DNA from: Myxococcota bacterium
Lineage (GTDB): Bacteria > Myxococcota_A > UBA9160 > JAFDDA01
NCBI GenBank assembly: GCA_965228475.1
Contig: OZ245817.1
Coordinates: forward strand, 2,752,001-2,816,000
Direction of reading: 5' to 3'
Length of the DNA stretch: 64,000 bases
Every line of letters starts with the position of its first letter. Within the stretch, counting starts at the first letter, position 1. The notes under the pieces were generated by a model, which did no database searches, was not told the DNA's origin, and saw only the letters and a program-made list of their open reading frames with translations. The position numbers and the translations under genes are program-made. This document shows positions 39,778 to 50,085 of the stretch, piece after piece.

Positions 39778-40359
39778 ATGGAATCGAAAGCGCCGGAAGG
39801 CCGCGGGGGCACCGGCCCCGCGCGAGTCGGCATCGTGATGGGCTCACGCTCGGACTGGGACACCCTACGGGCGGCTTCGGAGACGCTCGAGCGCCTCGGC
39901 GTCCCCCACGAGACCCGCGTCGTCTCGGCCCACCGAACGCCCGACCTGCTCATGGAGTACGCCGCGACGGCAGCGGACCGCGGGCTCGAGGTCCTGATCG
40001 CCGGGGCCGGCGGCGCCGCGCACCTGCCGGGAATGCTGGCGGCCAAGACGTGGCTCCCGGTCTTCGGCGTTCCGGTGCAGAGCCGCGCGCTCCGGGGCAT
40101 CGACTCGCTGCTCTCGATCGCCCAGATGCCGCGCGGCATCCCGGTCGGGACGCTGGCCATCGGCGAGGCCGGAGCCGCCAATGCCGCCCTGCTCGCGGCC
40201 TCCGTGCTCGCGGTCACCACGCCCGAGGTTCGTGACGCCCTGGTCGCCTTCCGGGAGCGACAGACCGCGGCAGTGCTCGCCGACCCCGATCCTTCCCGAG
40301 AGCCCTCGATCGGCCCGGCCACGCCCCCCGCCGGAAAGGCGCGGAAAGGCTCGCGATGA
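39778..40359 (+). CDS. purE: N5-carboxyaminoimidazole ribonucleotide mutase
   Basis: Motifs [29 protein letters not shown] and [13 protein letters not shown]. Confidence 0.97.
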   Translation: MESKAPEGRGGTGPARVGIVMGSRSDWDTLRAASETLERLGVPHETRVVSAHRTPDLLMEYAATAADRGLEVLIAGAGGAAHLPGMLAAKTWLPVFGVPVQSRALRGIDSLLSIAQMPRGIPVGTLAIGEAGAANAALLAASVLAVTTPEVRDALVAFRERQTAAVLADPDPSREPSIGPATPPAGKARKGSR

Positions 40360-41429
40360 AGGTCGCCATCCTCGGCGGCGGCCAGCTCGCGCGCATGATG
40401 GCCGTGGCCGGCCACCGGCTCGGGATCGAAACCTTCGTTCTCGACCCGAAGCCCGACGCCCCGGCCGCCGCCGTCGCCCACCACCTGCTCGGCGCCCTCG
40501 ACGACGCCGCGGGCCTCGAGGCCCTGGCCCACTGCGACGTCGCGACCGCGGAGTTCGATCACGCTCCGCCGCATGCGCTGGCCTGGCTTCAGGAGCGCAT
40601 GCCCGTCCGCCCCGGGCCCGAGGCCTTCGCCATCGCCGGCGATCGGGTACGCGAGAAAGAGCTCCTCCGCTCGCTCGACATCGAGACTACGCGCTTCGCC
40701 GCAGTGGCGAGCGAAGCGGATCTCGACGCGGCGGTGGCGTCCGTCGGGCTCCCGGCGATCCTGAAGACCCGCTTCGAAGGCTACGACGGCAAGGGACAGC
40801 GAACGGTCCGCACCGCCACCGAGGCCACCGAGGCCTGGCGCGTCCTCGGCGCCGGTCCCATGATCCTCGAGGCGCGGGTCCCCTTCTCGCGGGAGGTTTC
40901 CATCCTCGCGGTTCGCGGCCACGACGGCGAGGTCCGCTTCTGGAACCCGGTCGAGAACGTCCACGAAGGAGGCATCCTGCGCACGTCGCGTCCGCTGCCC
41001 TCGGAAGCGTGCACGCCGCTGCACCGGGAGGGGGAGAAGGCCGTCGCCCGGCTCCTCTCCGCCCTCGACTACGTCGGCGTCCTGTGCGTGGAGTTCTTCG
41101 AGTGCGAGGGCCGGCTCCTCGCGAACGAAATGGCGTGCCGCGTCCACAACTCCGGCCACTGGACGGAGGAAGGCGCGGAGACGGGACAGTTCGAGAACCA
41201 CCTGCGCGCCGTGGCCGGCTGGCCTCTCGGCGGTACCGACCTGCTCGGGCCGACGGCGATGGTGAACCTGATCGGGGAAGTCCCGCCGCGGGAACGGCTG
41301 CTCTCCATCCCGGGCGCCCGGGTCCACCTCTACGGGAAGACGCCGGCCCCCGGCCGCAAGCTCGGCCACGTGACGCTCCGCGCCCGCGACGAAGCGAGCC
41401 TCGACCGCGCACTCGCCCGCGCCGTCTGA
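40356..41429 (+). CDS. purK: N5-carboxyaminoimidazole ribonucleotide synthase
   Basis: Motifs [30 protein letters not shown] and HLYGK..GRKLGHV; ATGA overlap with purE. Confidence 0.96.
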   Translation: MKVAILGGGQLARMMAVAGHRLGIETFVLDPKPDAPAAAVAHHLLGALDDAAGLEALAHCDVATAEFDHAPPHALAWLQERMPVRPGPEAFAIAGDRVREKELLRSLDIETTRFAAVASEADLDAAVASVGLPAILKTRFEGYDGKGQRTVRTATEATEAWRVLGAGPMILEARVPFSREVSILAVRGHDGEVRFWNPVENVHEGGILRTSRPLPSEACTPLHREGEKAVARLLSALDYVGVLCVEFFECEGRLLANEMACRVHNSGHWTEEGAETGQFENHLRAVAGWPLGGTDLLGPTAMVNLIGEVPPRERLLSIPGARVHLYGKTPAPGRKLGHVTLRARDEASLDRALARAV

Positions 41430-41442
41430 AACCGCTCCGGCC

Positions 41443-42003
41443 TCAGCGCCCCATCTCATCGAGCGCCGCCAGGACGTCCGCGTTGGGCGGGAGGTCCGAC
41501 GGCTCCTTCGACTTGTACTCGAAGCGCGCGGTCCCGCCTGCGTCGACCACGACGACGCCCGGAAGTCGCAGGACGTCCGCCGCGGGCAGCGCCGCCCCCC
41601 GCATGTCGGCCTGGAGGACGAGGCGCATCGTCTCGAGCGGGTCGGTCACGAGGGAGCGGCCGAGCACCGTCCACCAGTTGCCCCGCAGCATGCCGAAGGC
41701 CTGGTACGCCGCGGCCTTGGGATCCCCGAGGATCGGGAAGCCGACGCCCCACTGGTCGGCGTAGTCCGCCGCCTGGTCCCCCGTCCCCTGGCCGACGGCG
41801 AAGACGCCCGCGCCGCGGGAGTCGAACGCGTCGATCTCTTCTTGCACCTGGACCAGGTGCCGGCGGCAGAAGGGTCAGCCGAAGTGGCGCAGGAAGATCA
41901 GTACGGCCGCGCGGTCACGCCAGCAGTCGGCGAGTGCGACCGCGCCGTCTTCGTCCTCGACCCGGACGTGCGGCGCCGGGCGGTCGATGGCTTCGAGCGA
42001 CAT
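41443..42003 (-). CDS. Predicted selenoprotein: AhpC/TSA-like (peroxiredoxin-like, SelU/FAM213-type) protein with UxxC motif, Sec43
   Basis: ATG at 42003 with GGAGG RBS. The frame reads ...VLIFLRHFG-TGA(41875-41877)-PFCRRHL... and continues in frame into the track ORF 41443..41847. The family motif is normally RHFGCxxC. Confidence 0.85.
41844..41860 (-). promoter_or_regulatory. Putative bacterial SECIS hairpin
   Basis: mRNA GCACCUG-GUC-CAGGUGC is a perfect 7-bp stem starting 14 nt after the UGA, with apical GGUC. Confidence 0.7.
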
Positions 42004-42033
42004 GGAGTCCTCCGCGCGCTAGGTAGTCTCAGG

Positions 42034-42924
42034 CTAGGGCGCCAGGCCGACTTCTTCGGCGACGCCGCGCACGAACAGCGGCGTGATCTCGTGGGCCTCG
42101 GTATCGGCCCGCATCGCCTCGTCCGTGGGCGCCGTGATCGTCTCGCTCGCTACCTCGAGCGTTGTGCGCAGGAGCCTCGCGTCGCTCGAGGTATTCAGGA
42201 AGTGGCCGGGCCGCGCCAACACGAAGTGGACGGCGCGGCGGATCGCTTCCGGATCCATGAGCGGCTCGTACCAGCTGAAGGCGCGTTCGGGCGCGCCGTC
42301 CCAGCGGCGCCGGGCGAGCGATTTGATGGTCTGCAGGGCGACGCCCCGCTCGCGGCACACCTCAGCCAGCGCCTCGAAGCTCTCGGCGTATTCCGGGTCC
42401 TGGAGCATCGTCCAGTTGCACGGAGCCAGCACCGAGGCGAACTCGAACCGCTCGAGGCTGCGGCGGTGCATGCCCGGCGCCCAGGTCCCGTGCCCCGTGA
42501 CGCCGATGTGGCGGACGAGGCCCTCCTCGCGGGCCCGCGCGAGCGCCTCGACGGCGCCGCCCGGCGCGAAGGCGGCCTGCCACTGTTCCTCGTGGACGAG
42601 GTTGTGGAGCTGGATCAGGTCGAGCCGATCGGTGCGGAGCCGCTCGAGGGAGCGTTCGAGGTTCGCGCGCGCGCCCTCGCCGCCCCGTTCGCGGGTCTTC
42701 GTCGCCAGGAAGAAGCGGTCCCGGTGCCGCTCCATCCACGGCCCGATGCGGAGCTCCGAGTCGCCGTAGCCCTCGGCCGTGTCGATGTGGTTGATCCCGA
42801 ACTCGAGGAGCGTGGCGAGCACTTCGTCGGCCCGTTCCTGGGTCATCCCGCCGAGGGCCGCGGCACCGAACAGGACCCGGGTGCTCTCGTGACCGGTTCG
42901 GCCGAAGGGAAGGATCTCGATCAA
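42034..42924 (-). CDS. Aldo/keto reductase
   Basis: Motifs GINHIDTAEGYGDSE, FLATKT, SLERLRTDRLDLIQLH and IGVTGH. Confidence 0.92.
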   Translation of the reverse strand: MIEILPFGRTGHESTRVLFGAAALGGMTQERADEVLATLLEFGINHIDTAEGYGDSELRIGPWMERHRDRFFLATKTRERGGEGARANLERSLERLRTDRLDLIQLHNLVHEEQWQAAFAPGGAVEALARAREEGLVRHIGVTGHGTWAPGMHRRSLERFEFASVLAPCNWTMLQDPEYAESFEALAEVCRERGVALQTIKSLARRRWDGAPERAFSWYEPLMDPEAIRRAVHFVLARPGHFLNTSSDARLLRTTLEVASETITAPTDEAMRADTEAHEITPLFVRGVAEEVGLAP

Positions 42925-42969
42925 GGGGGAACCTCCGAGCGATGGACTGCGTCGAAGCAGGGTACCACC

Positions 42970-44190
42970 CTAGCCGGTCTCGGGGCCCAGCCCCTCGGCC
43001 TCCACGATGCGGACCAGCTGACCCATCACGCGCAGGCCCGCCTCGAGACACTCGGGGCGCAGGAGATCCGGCGTGTCGAGGCGCGTGTGATACCAGCGCG
43101 GCGGGGCCGGATCCATGGCCACCAGCGCGATCGCGCGGAGACCCGCCTGGGTGAAGGCGGCGGCGTCGGTCGCGCCGACGGGGATCGTATGGAACGGCAG
43201 CGAGAGCCCGGCTTCCCGGGCCGCGCGCGCCAGCAGCTCGGCGGCGCCGCGGTCGTGCTGCACCGTACCGTTGCGGTCTCGGTCGTAGACGGCCATGTGC
43301 TCGAGGTCGCGGAAGGTGTCGAGGGCCACGTAGAGGCTCGGCGTCCCCTCGAGTTCGCGGCGGTGGCGCTCGGCGTAGGCCCGCGCCCCGCGCAGGCCGG
43401 CCTCCTCGGCTCCCGTGTTCAGGATCCGGATCTCCGTGTGTTCGAGGTCCGCGCCGGACTCCCGGAGCTGCTTCGCGAGAGCGATGCTCAGGAGGACGCC
43501 CGTCAGGTTGTCGTTCGCCCCGGGAGAGCAGCGCCGGAAGTTCGTGAAGCCCATCACGAGGACGAAGAACGGCGCGAAGAGCCACAGCGCGCTCCCGAGC
43601 CAGGCGGCAAGCTTCGAACCCGGTGCGGCCAGCGCGGCGACGCTCGCCGCCAGCGCGACGACGGCACCGACCAGGGCCCCGCCGACGATCGAGAGGAACG
43701 CCGCCCGGCCGAGGTAGTGCCAACGCCACTCCCAGGCGCTGTCGCAGTGCCCGCCGAACAGCAGGATCTGCTTCGTCGGGCCGCGCGGGCGGAGGCGAGC
43801 GATCAGGTTGTGGGAGGTGGCCCGGGGAAAGAACGCATCCACGACCGGCCGGTAGAGGACCAGCTCACCGACCAGGAGCCCGACCGCGCCGGCCACGGCC
43901 AGCAGCGCGGCGCCGGGTGCCCAGGACAGCAGAACGGCTGCCGCCACGAGCAGACCCCCGCTGATCGGGACGAAGCCCATGAACGCCTTCGGCGAGAGCG
44001 TGAAGGGCTCGAGGTCGACCTCGTCCGCCACGGGCTCGAGCAGGCCCGCCAGGTATCGCTGGGCCCGCAGCTCCTCCTCGCTCCCCGGCGGCCGCGGGCC
44101 GACCTCCCGGACGAGGGTCTCGATGTGCTGCCGGCAGAAGTCGACGTAGGTGCCGAGCCCGGCGCGGGGATTGGCTTCGGGGTGGCTCAT
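42970..44190 (-). CDS. Membrane-embedded M28 family metallopeptidase
   Basis: Motifs R.PGSEEE, GGHCDS, GANDNLTG, GAEEAGLRG, TDA and YHTRLD; inserted TM hairpins. Confidence 0.88.
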   Translation of the reverse strand: MSHPEANPRAGLGTYVDFCRQHIETLVREVGPRPPGSEEELRAQRYLAGLLEPVADEVDLEPFTLSPKAFMGFVPISGGLLVAAAVLLSWAPGAALLAVAGAVGLLVGELVLYRPVVDAFFPRATSHNLIARLRPRGPTKQILLFGGHCDSAWEWRWHYLGRAAFLSIVGGALVGAVVALAASVAALAAPGSKLAAWLGSALWLFAPFFVLVMGFTNFRRCSPGANDNLTGVLLSIALAKQLRESGADLEHTEIRILNTGAEEAGLRGARAYAERHRRELEGTPSLYVALDTFRDLEHMAVYDRDRNGTVQHDRGAAELLARAAREAGLSLPFHTIPVGATDAAAFTQAGLRAIALVAMDPAPPRWYHTRLDTPDLLRPECLEAGLRVMGQLVRIVEAEGLGPETG

Positions 44191-44282
44191 CGCCGCGCAT
44201 TGTGCGCCGCTTCTCGGAAACGCCCAAGGGCGATGTCGAGTTTTCGGAGCCACGCCCGGCCCGGTCGCGCCCACTCCCCTCC

Positions 44283-44849
44283 ATGCGGATCCTGCGCCCG
44301 CCCGCCTTCTCCCCCGCCCTCGCCGCGCTGGCCGCGCTCCTCTTCCTTCCCGCGCCGGCCTCCGCCGCGCGCTTCGAGGTGGACCTCGTCGTGACGTTCT
44401 CGGACCTCCTCCCGGCAGGCTCCGGACTCACCCTGACGTTCGACGTCGACCCGGACACCCCGGACAGCTCGACCGATCCGGCTTCCTCCCGGTTCTTCTC
44501 CCCGGGGACGGTCTCGGCGATCGGCACCGTCTTCCCGCTTCAGCAGATCCTCGTCCGCCAACGCCTCTGGCGGGCGCGCGTCGACGTGACGCCGGGAGGT
44601 TTCGACGAGATCGGGCTGAACCTCTCCCTCGACCTCGGCCCCGTCCTGACCGACATCGAGCAGCCCCTGCCGTTCGTGACCTCCCCGGTCCGCGGCCAGG
44701 CGGTCGCGAACGTCCAGTTCGGCGTGGACCTGTTCTTCGTGAACGCGGACGTGACGGCCCTGCGCTTCGTCCCGGAGCCGGGCCGTGCGGCCCTGCTGGC
44801 GGCAGCCCTCGGCCTCGTGCGGCGGGTCAGCCGCTCGCGGACTCGCTGA
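44283..44849 (+). CDS. PEP-CTERM sorting domain protein
   Basis: Signal peptide (..PASA); C-terminal FVPEPGRAALLAAALGLVRRVSRSRTR (VPEP, hydrophobic, basic). Confidence 0.8.
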   Translation: MRILRPPAFSPALAALAALLFLPAPASAARFEVDLVVTFSDLLPAGSGLTLTFDVDPDTPDSSTDPASSRFFSPGTVSAIGTVFPLQQILVRQRLWRARVDVTPGGFDEIGLNLSLDLGPVLTDIEQPLPFVTSPVRGQAVANVQFGVDLFFVNADVTALRFVPEPGRAALLAAALGLVRRVSRSRTR

Positions 44850-45453
44850 CGGACGGGCGCCCGGCAACCCGCTCGAACCAGCCGTGCAGGTGCTCGAGCT
44901 CTCCGCCGGGCTCGAGGCCGACCATGGTGCCCGCGAAATCGATCCAGCAGAACGCGCTGATGTCCGCGACGGTGAAACGGTCTCCCGCGACGAACGCCCG
45001 CTCGCCGAGTTCCGCATCGAGCGTGCGATAGCACTCCCGTGCCCAGGCATCGCTTCGGGCCTTGGCCGCTTCGATCGGCTCGACGATCCCCATGCGCGCC
45101 ACGATCGGGCCGTTCACCCAGGACGTGCCGATCGCGATCGCCAGTTCGAGTTCGATCCGGCGATGGTGCATCTCGATCACCGCGGTCTCGTACGGGTCCT
45201 GCCCGAAAAGATTCGGCTCCGGTTCGTGGGCCTCGAGCAGGCGGCAGATCGCCACCGTCTCGGCGATGCAGCGGCCGTCTTCGAGCTCGAGCACCGGGAT
45301 CTTGCCGCTCGGGCTCTTGCTCAGGAACTCCGGCTTCTTGTGCTCGCGCCGGGCGAGATCCACCTTCACGAGCTCGAGGGCGATCCCCTTCTCGGCCGCG
45401 AAGATCTTCACCCGGCGCGGGTTCGGGGCGCCGGGGAAATCGTAGAGTTTCAT
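44827..45453 (-). CDS. Glutathione S-transferase
   Basis: Motifs MKLYDFPGAPNPRRV, SPSGKIPVLE, ETVAICRLLE and AGDRFTVADI. Confidence 0.93.
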   Translation of the reverse strand: MKLYDFPGAPNPRRVKIFAAEKGIALELVKVDLARREHKKPEFLSKSPSGKIPVLELEDGRCIAETVAICRLLEAHEPEPNLFGQDPYETAVIEMHHRRIELELAIAIGTSWVNGPIVARMGIVEPIEAAKARSDAWARECYRTLDAELGERAFVAGDRFTVADISAFCWIDFAGTMVGLEPGGELEHLHGWFERVAGRPSVSESASG

Positions 45454-47009
45454 CGCGCCCGCTCCAGCCCGAAGCGCTTCATCACGTTGCGCGTGATCGC
45501 CTCCACGAAGGGGTCGCCGGCCGCGAGGCCGTGGGCCCACTCGGTCGTCCCGGCGTTGAAGACCTCGCCCTTCCCGCGCGCGAAGCTCGCCATCACCGCG
45601 TGGCCCCGCATGAGCCGCGCGAGCGACTCCGCGTCGTCCCGCCCGAACGCGCAGCGGGCGAGCACCTCGGGCTCCTCCGGCGGGATCAGCGGCGGGTGCG
45701 GGCTGCGCGCGTCCTCCGCCAGGGTCGCGGGCGTCAGGGCGATGATCTTCAGATTCTCGGGTACGCCGACACCGCCGTCGGGTGCCGGAAGGCCGTCCGG
45801 ACCGAAGCGGATCGGGCAGCCATCGTTCTCGTACCCGACGAGCGGAACGTCGCTCCCGACGACGTCGCCGTAGTAGAGATCCGTCCCCTCGAGCGCCCAG
45901 TGCCGGTCGTCGTAGATGGTGAACCCGGCGCTTCCGCGCGCGACGCACATCCCCAGCCGGTGGTAGCCGCCGTACAGGAAGGAAAGGCCCGTCATCTCGG
46001 CCTCCGGGCGCTCGAACGCCGGGTGGCTCCAGAGGTGGGTCGCGTCCTTGCGGGTGGCCGGGTCCGCGAAGAGCGGATCGTTCGTTTCGCCCCGCCACTT
46101 GTGGGCGACGAGCTTCGTCCCCTGCTCTTCCCAGCGAACCTTCCAGTAGCAGGTGTTCCCGGAGAAGATCGCGAGGTTCCCGCCGTCCGCGACGAAGCGC
46201 TCGACGCGATCCCGCCCCCGGGCCGACCAGTACTCGCTGTGGCCGACGAGGAAGACCGTCTCGTAGCCCGCGAGGACGTCGTCCTCGCTCTCGAGATCGT
46301 GATCGGTGAGAACGTCGAGCGCATGGCCTTCGGCCTCGCACCAGGCCAGGAAGGCGTGCTCCCACTTCCCGATGAAGCCGGCCGAGCCGTCGTAGGGCGA
46401 CGGCTGGTGCTCGGCCAGCCACGCGAGTTCCCCCGGATGGCCCATCGCGCCGACGGCTCGCCGCGCCAGGTTGATCAGCCGCGGCGCTCCCTCCGGCGGG
46501 AAGAGCAGGTTCTGCGTGTAGGGACGCAGGAGCGCGAGCTCGCCGATGGCCTGGGCCCGGGCCTCCTCGGGCGCCAGTTCGCCGGCCATGAGCCTCGTCA
46601 CGTCGGCGTAGGAGTTGGCGCCGCCCCAATAGTTGTAGGCCTGGTACGTGTTCGTGTTCAGGACGACGACGCCCTTGCCGCGAGACGCTTCCGCCGCCCG
46701 GACGCACACGAAGTGGTGGCTCGCCGCGCCGTCGGGTCCCGTCAGGACGAGGTCGTAGTAGCCGGTCTGCCAGTCCGCGCCGACCTCGAAGCGGAAGGCC
46801 TCGGGCCAGTCGCAGCCGTGGCGATCCGCGTCTGGCGGGGTCGGATGCGAGCCGACCGCCAGGTCCTCGAAGACCGCGACGACCTCGCGCTCGCGGCCGA
46901 CGCGCGCCACCTCGAGCCGACACGGCGAGGCCGGCGCGCTCGCGTGGAGACGCACCGTGTCGCCGGGCGCGGCACTCACTCGATCGGCGTAGAACCAGGG
47001 GGTCGTCAT
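45450..47009 (-). CDS. N,N-dimethylformamidase beta-subunit family protein
   Basis: Motifs TNTYQAYNYWGG, LLRPY, VGHSEYWS, FSGNTCYWKVR, VGYEND and VFNAGTTEW. Confidence 0.85.
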   Translation of the reverse strand: MTTPWFYADRVSAAPGDTVRLHASAPASPCRLEVARVGREREVVAVFEDLAVGSHPTPPDADRHGCDWPEAFRFEVGADWQTGYYDLVLTGPDGAASHHFVCVRAAEASRGKGVVVLNTNTYQAYNYWGGANSYADVTRLMAGELAPEEARAQAIGELALLRPYTQNLLFPPEGAPRLINLARRAVGAMGHPGELAWLAEHQPSPYDGSAGFIGKWEHAFLAWCEAEGHALDVLTDHDLESEDDVLAGYETVFLVGHSEYWSARGRDRVERFVADGGNLAIFSGNTCYWKVRWEEQGTKLVAHKWRGETNDPLFADPATRKDATHLWSHPAFERPEAEMTGLSFLYGGYHRLGMCVARGSAGFTIYDDRHWALEGTDLYYGDVVGSDVPLVGYENDGCPIRFGPDGLPAPDGGVGVPENLKIIALTPATLAEDARSPHPPLIPPEEPEVLARCAFGRDDAESLARLMRGHAVMASFARGKGEVFNAGTTEWAHGLAAGDPFVEAITRNVMKRFGLERAR

Positions 47010-47018
47010 GTTCGGAGA

Positions 47019-47426
47019 TCAGCGCTGGGGCCGGTTGCCTCGCACCTTCGGGGGCGCCGGGGTCACGTCGGGCGCCTCCTTCAGGGCATCCTGCCAGAGG
47101 CCGTGAGCCTGCCGACAGAGATCCACGGGCCCGCCGAAGTCGCCCTTGCCCCGCGTCTCCATCTTGTGGACGACGCTCAGCGCGTTGCCGCACCCGCGGC
47201 TGCACTTCATGGCCGAGGCGCGGACCGGCGTCGACCCCACCGTACGCTGCGCGAAGTCGGAGCACTCCTTCTGGAGTGCGACGATGGTTGCCCTGGCGGC
47301 AGCTCCCGCAGACAGTGACTGCCGGGTGTCTTCGGCCCACGACGGCACCGCGAAGACACCCAGGAACAGCCATGCCCCGAGAGCGCTCCAACGCCTCCGC
47401 GCTCCAGCCGCCGCATCGATTCTCAT
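47019..47426 (-). CDS. Small secreted hypothetical protein with four Cys
   Basis: Signal-peptide-like LFLGVFAVPSWA, helical mature part, AAGGGG RBS. Confidence 0.55.
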   Translation of the reverse strand: MRIDAAAGARRRWSALGAWLFLGVFAVPSWAEDTRQSLSAGAAARATIVALQKECSDFAQRTVGSTPVRASAMKCSRGCGNALSVVHKMETRGKGDFGGPVDLCRQAHGLWQDALKEAPDVTPAPPKVRGNRPQR

Positions 47427-47487
47427 GAGCCGCCCCCTTCGCGCACGCCCGGGGGCGCGTTTCGACACGCCCGAGTTTCGAACATTT

Positions 47488-48684
47488 TCACTCTCCTGTC
47501 GGCCCTCGGCCCGCGGCGCTGGCCTGCACCGGCTCGGGCCACCACGGGCAGGCGTCACCTCGCCCGTCGCCGTCGCCGTCCTCCTGGCCCGGATCGTAGA
47601 GGAGCGGGCAGACGTCCTCCGCATCCGTGGCTCCGTCGCAGTCGAGATCCGGGGCGTGACAGCGCGGCACCTCGACCGTTGCCCAGACCGGGACGTGGTC
47701 CGAAAGGCCGCCGCAGACGTCGAAGCTGCAAACGCCCGGATCCCGCACGATCGCGCCCCGCGTGAAGACCAGATCGATGATCTGGTTGCCCGGGTCGCGG
47801 GTCGTCGTGCGTTCGGCGATGGGGAGCGCGAGGTGCGCATCCCGGAACCCCTCGGCTTCGTACGGAACGAAGGTCGCCGTCGGGAAGCCGGCCAGCAGGT
47901 TGAACAGGTACTCGAAAGTGTTGAAGTCGCCCCCGATGACGACGGGGTGTGCGACGTTGCGCGCGTCTTCGACGAGTTCCAGAGCCTGATCGACGCGTTT
48001 CTCGACGGAGCTGACGGTGGACTCGAGGTGCACCGAGTAGACGCGCAGCACGCCGCCCTCGATGCGCACGTCCGCCGCCACCGCGATGCGCCCGCCGAGG
48101 CGCGGTTCGTCGGGGTTCGGGAAGCCGGGGGGCGTGTACCAGACGTGCTGGCTGCGGTGCCGGATCCCGCGGACGTTCCCGACGGGCCAGCGGGAGAGGA
48201 TCGCGTTGCCGTGCTCGCAGAGCGGCGGGTCGTAGGGGCCCGCGAGACCGCGGTCGCCCGGCAACTCGACGAACTCCGTCGCGAAGACCGCGTTCATGCC
48301 GAGCGCTTCGGCGAAGTCCCGCGCGACGTTGCGGAAGTCCGTCCGCTCGCAGCCCCGGTCCACCTCCGAAAGGAGCAGGATGTCGGGCACGGGCACCGCC
48401 GGATCGTCGAGGATCCGTTCGAGCTGCTCCTCGATCCGGAAGCCGCGCTCGATGTTCCAGGCCATCACGACGGCTTCGTTCGCGAGAGGTGCCTCAGGGT
48501 CAGCGAAGTCCGCCCCTTCGACGCGGCAGTCGACGAAGACCGGGTCCTCGGCAGCGTCCGGCGCCGCCGCTTCGGCACAGAGCCGCTCGGCCCGGGGATC
48601 GGGCGTTCGCGCCTCAAAGGAGAACGGCTCGAAGCATCCCGAGAGAAACACTGCGAGGAGCGGCAGCCAGAACCGTAGCGACAT
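47488..48684 (-). CDS. Endonuclease/exonuclease/phosphatase family lipoprotein with C-terminal TSP3-like Ca-binding repeat
   Basis: Lipobox FLSGC; motifs WNIERG, LSEVD, GNAILSRWP, VHLES, GGDFNT and SDH.P; DLDCDG..DVCP..DGDGDGRGDAC. Confidence 0.88.
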   Translation of the reverse strand: MSLRFWLPLLAVFLSGCFEPFSFEARTPDPRAERLCAEAAAPDAAEDPVFVDCRVEGADFADPEAPLANEAVVMAWNIERGFRIEEQLERILDDPAVPVPDILLLSEVDRGCERTDFRNVARDFAEALGMNAVFATEFVELPGDRGLAGPYDPPLCEHGNAILSRWPVGNVRGIRHRSQHVWYTPPGFPNPDEPRLGGRIAVAADVRIEGGVLRVYSVHLESTVSSVEKRVDQALELVEDARNVAHPVVIGGDFNTFEYLFNLLAGFPTATFVPYEAEGFRDAHLALPIAERTTTRDPGNQIIDLVFTRGAIVRDPGVCSFDVCGGLSDHVPVWATVEVPRCHAPDLDCDGATDAEDVCPLLYDPGQEDGDGDGRGDACPWWPEPVQASAAGRGPTGE

Positions 48685-48750
48685 GGCCCCAGTCTACTCA
48701 CAAACGGACCGAGGCCCCAGCGCGCCGCATCTTCTCGTCGTCGACGGCGG

Positions 48751-48780
48751 TTGACACCTTCGAACACGCAACGTTAGAAC
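48751..48780 (+). promoter_or_regulatory. Putative sigma70 promoter for the outer-membrane protein gene
   Basis: TTGACA-N18-TAGAAC ending 38 nt upstream of ATG 48819. Confidence 0.5.
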
Positions 48781-48818
48781 CACTCCTACGTCCGTCGGAT
48801 TCCCGACGGCAGGGGGTC

Positions 48819-50045
48819 ATGATGATTCGCAACACGATGGTGGCTCTCTTGCTGTGCGCGGTCGCGGGCCCGGCCCTCGCCGAGGACGCGGCGGAAGCAC
48901 CCGCGACGGTCTCGATGGAGTCCTACCTGGAACTCCTCGAGCGCCTCGATCGCCTCGAGTCCGAGCTGAAGGAGATCCGCGGGGAGCAGGAGAAGGCTGC
49001 GGCTGCACCCGCGCCGACCCCGCACGTCTCGGCTCCGGCTGACGTTGCCTCACGGCCCAAGGAACCTGGCCGCTTCTACTTCGAGGGCGGGCCGGTCATC
49101 CTCCAGAGCTTCGGCGACCAGGACACCGCCTTCGTGGCCGAGGACGTCGAGCTCTTTGGGATCGGCGGAGGGCTGCCCAACGCGGGCTTCGGGTTCGAGA
49201 CCTCGGACTCGCGCGACTTCAACGAAGACACCGAGGTCGCCGGGCGCTACGAGCTCGGATTCGTCCCCGACGAAGGCCTCGGTTGGGCCGCGCGGTACTT
49301 CCACTTCGACTCGTCGGACCGGGTGCGTCGCACGCACGACCCGGCGTGGACAGTCGGGCAGTTCGAAACGAACTTCTTCGACGACCCGGACATCGGGATC
49401 GACACGAACGTCGGTGACACCCTCGTCGCCCGCCGAGAACTCGACCTCGACCTGGTCGACGTCGAGGCCATGCTCGTGAATCGGACTTCCGGCGGAACGA
49501 ACTTCACCGTGACGGGCGGCGTCCGCTACCTCCGCGCCAACCAGAGCGGCCAGTGGCGCCTCATTCGGGGTGGCACCTTCTCCGAGATCGTCAACGTGCG
49601 GAACGACTACGAGGGCGCCGGCCCGCTGCTCGGCGCCTCGGTCCGGCACGCGCTGTTCGAGCGGGACCGCTTCTCACTCGACGTCTTCGGCCTGACCCGG
49701 GCCGGCTTCATCTTCGGCGACGGCGAACTCGAACTCGAGGACGACAACAGCCTCGGAGTACCGGGCTTCAACGACGTCCTCCGGAACGAGCGCAACAACG
49801 TCGTCTACACCGCCGAGGCCCAGCTCGGCTTCGAGGCCCGCTTCAGACCGCTCGAGCGCTCGAAGATCGAAGCCTACGCTCGCTTCCTCGCGGAGGGCCA
49901 GTTCTACGCCAACATCGGGTCCATCGGTTCGAGCGCCGGCGCGAGCGGTGACTCCGACGATGCGGACGTACTGAGAGACGCCGACCTCGGTTTCGTCGGC
50001 GGCACCATCATGTTCGGGATCCGAGCGCCCTTCGGCGGCGACTGA
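48819..50045 (+). CDS. Outer-membrane beta-barrel protein (Lpg1974/BBP7-like) with N-terminal coiled coil
   Basis: Signal peptide (PALA); heptad segment LLERLDRLESELKEIR; amphipathic strands with GWAARYFHF, GGVRYL and YEGAGP. Confidence 0.75.
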   Translation: MMIRNTMVALLLCAVAGPALAEDAAEAPATVSMESYLELLERLDRLESELKEIRGEQEKAAAAPAPTPHVSAPADVASRPKEPGRFYFEGGPVILQSFGDQDTAFVAEDVELFGIGGGLPNAGFGFETSDSRDFNEDTEVAGRYELGFVPDEGLGWAARYFHFDSSDRVRRTHDPAWTVGQFETNFFDDPDIGIDTNVGDTLVARRELDLDLVDVEAMLVNRTSGGTNFTVTGGVRYLRANQSGQWRLIRGGTFSEIVNVRNDYEGAGPLLGASVRHALFERDRFSLDVFGLTRAGFIFGDGELELEDDNSLGVPGFNDVLRNERNNVVYTAEAQLGFEARFRPLERSKIEAYARFLAEGQFYANIGSIGSSAGASGDSDDADVLRDADLGFVGGTIMFGIRAPFGGD

Positions 50046-50085
50046 GCCCTTCCAGGCCGAGACAGCCCCGAGAGGAGAGAACGCC

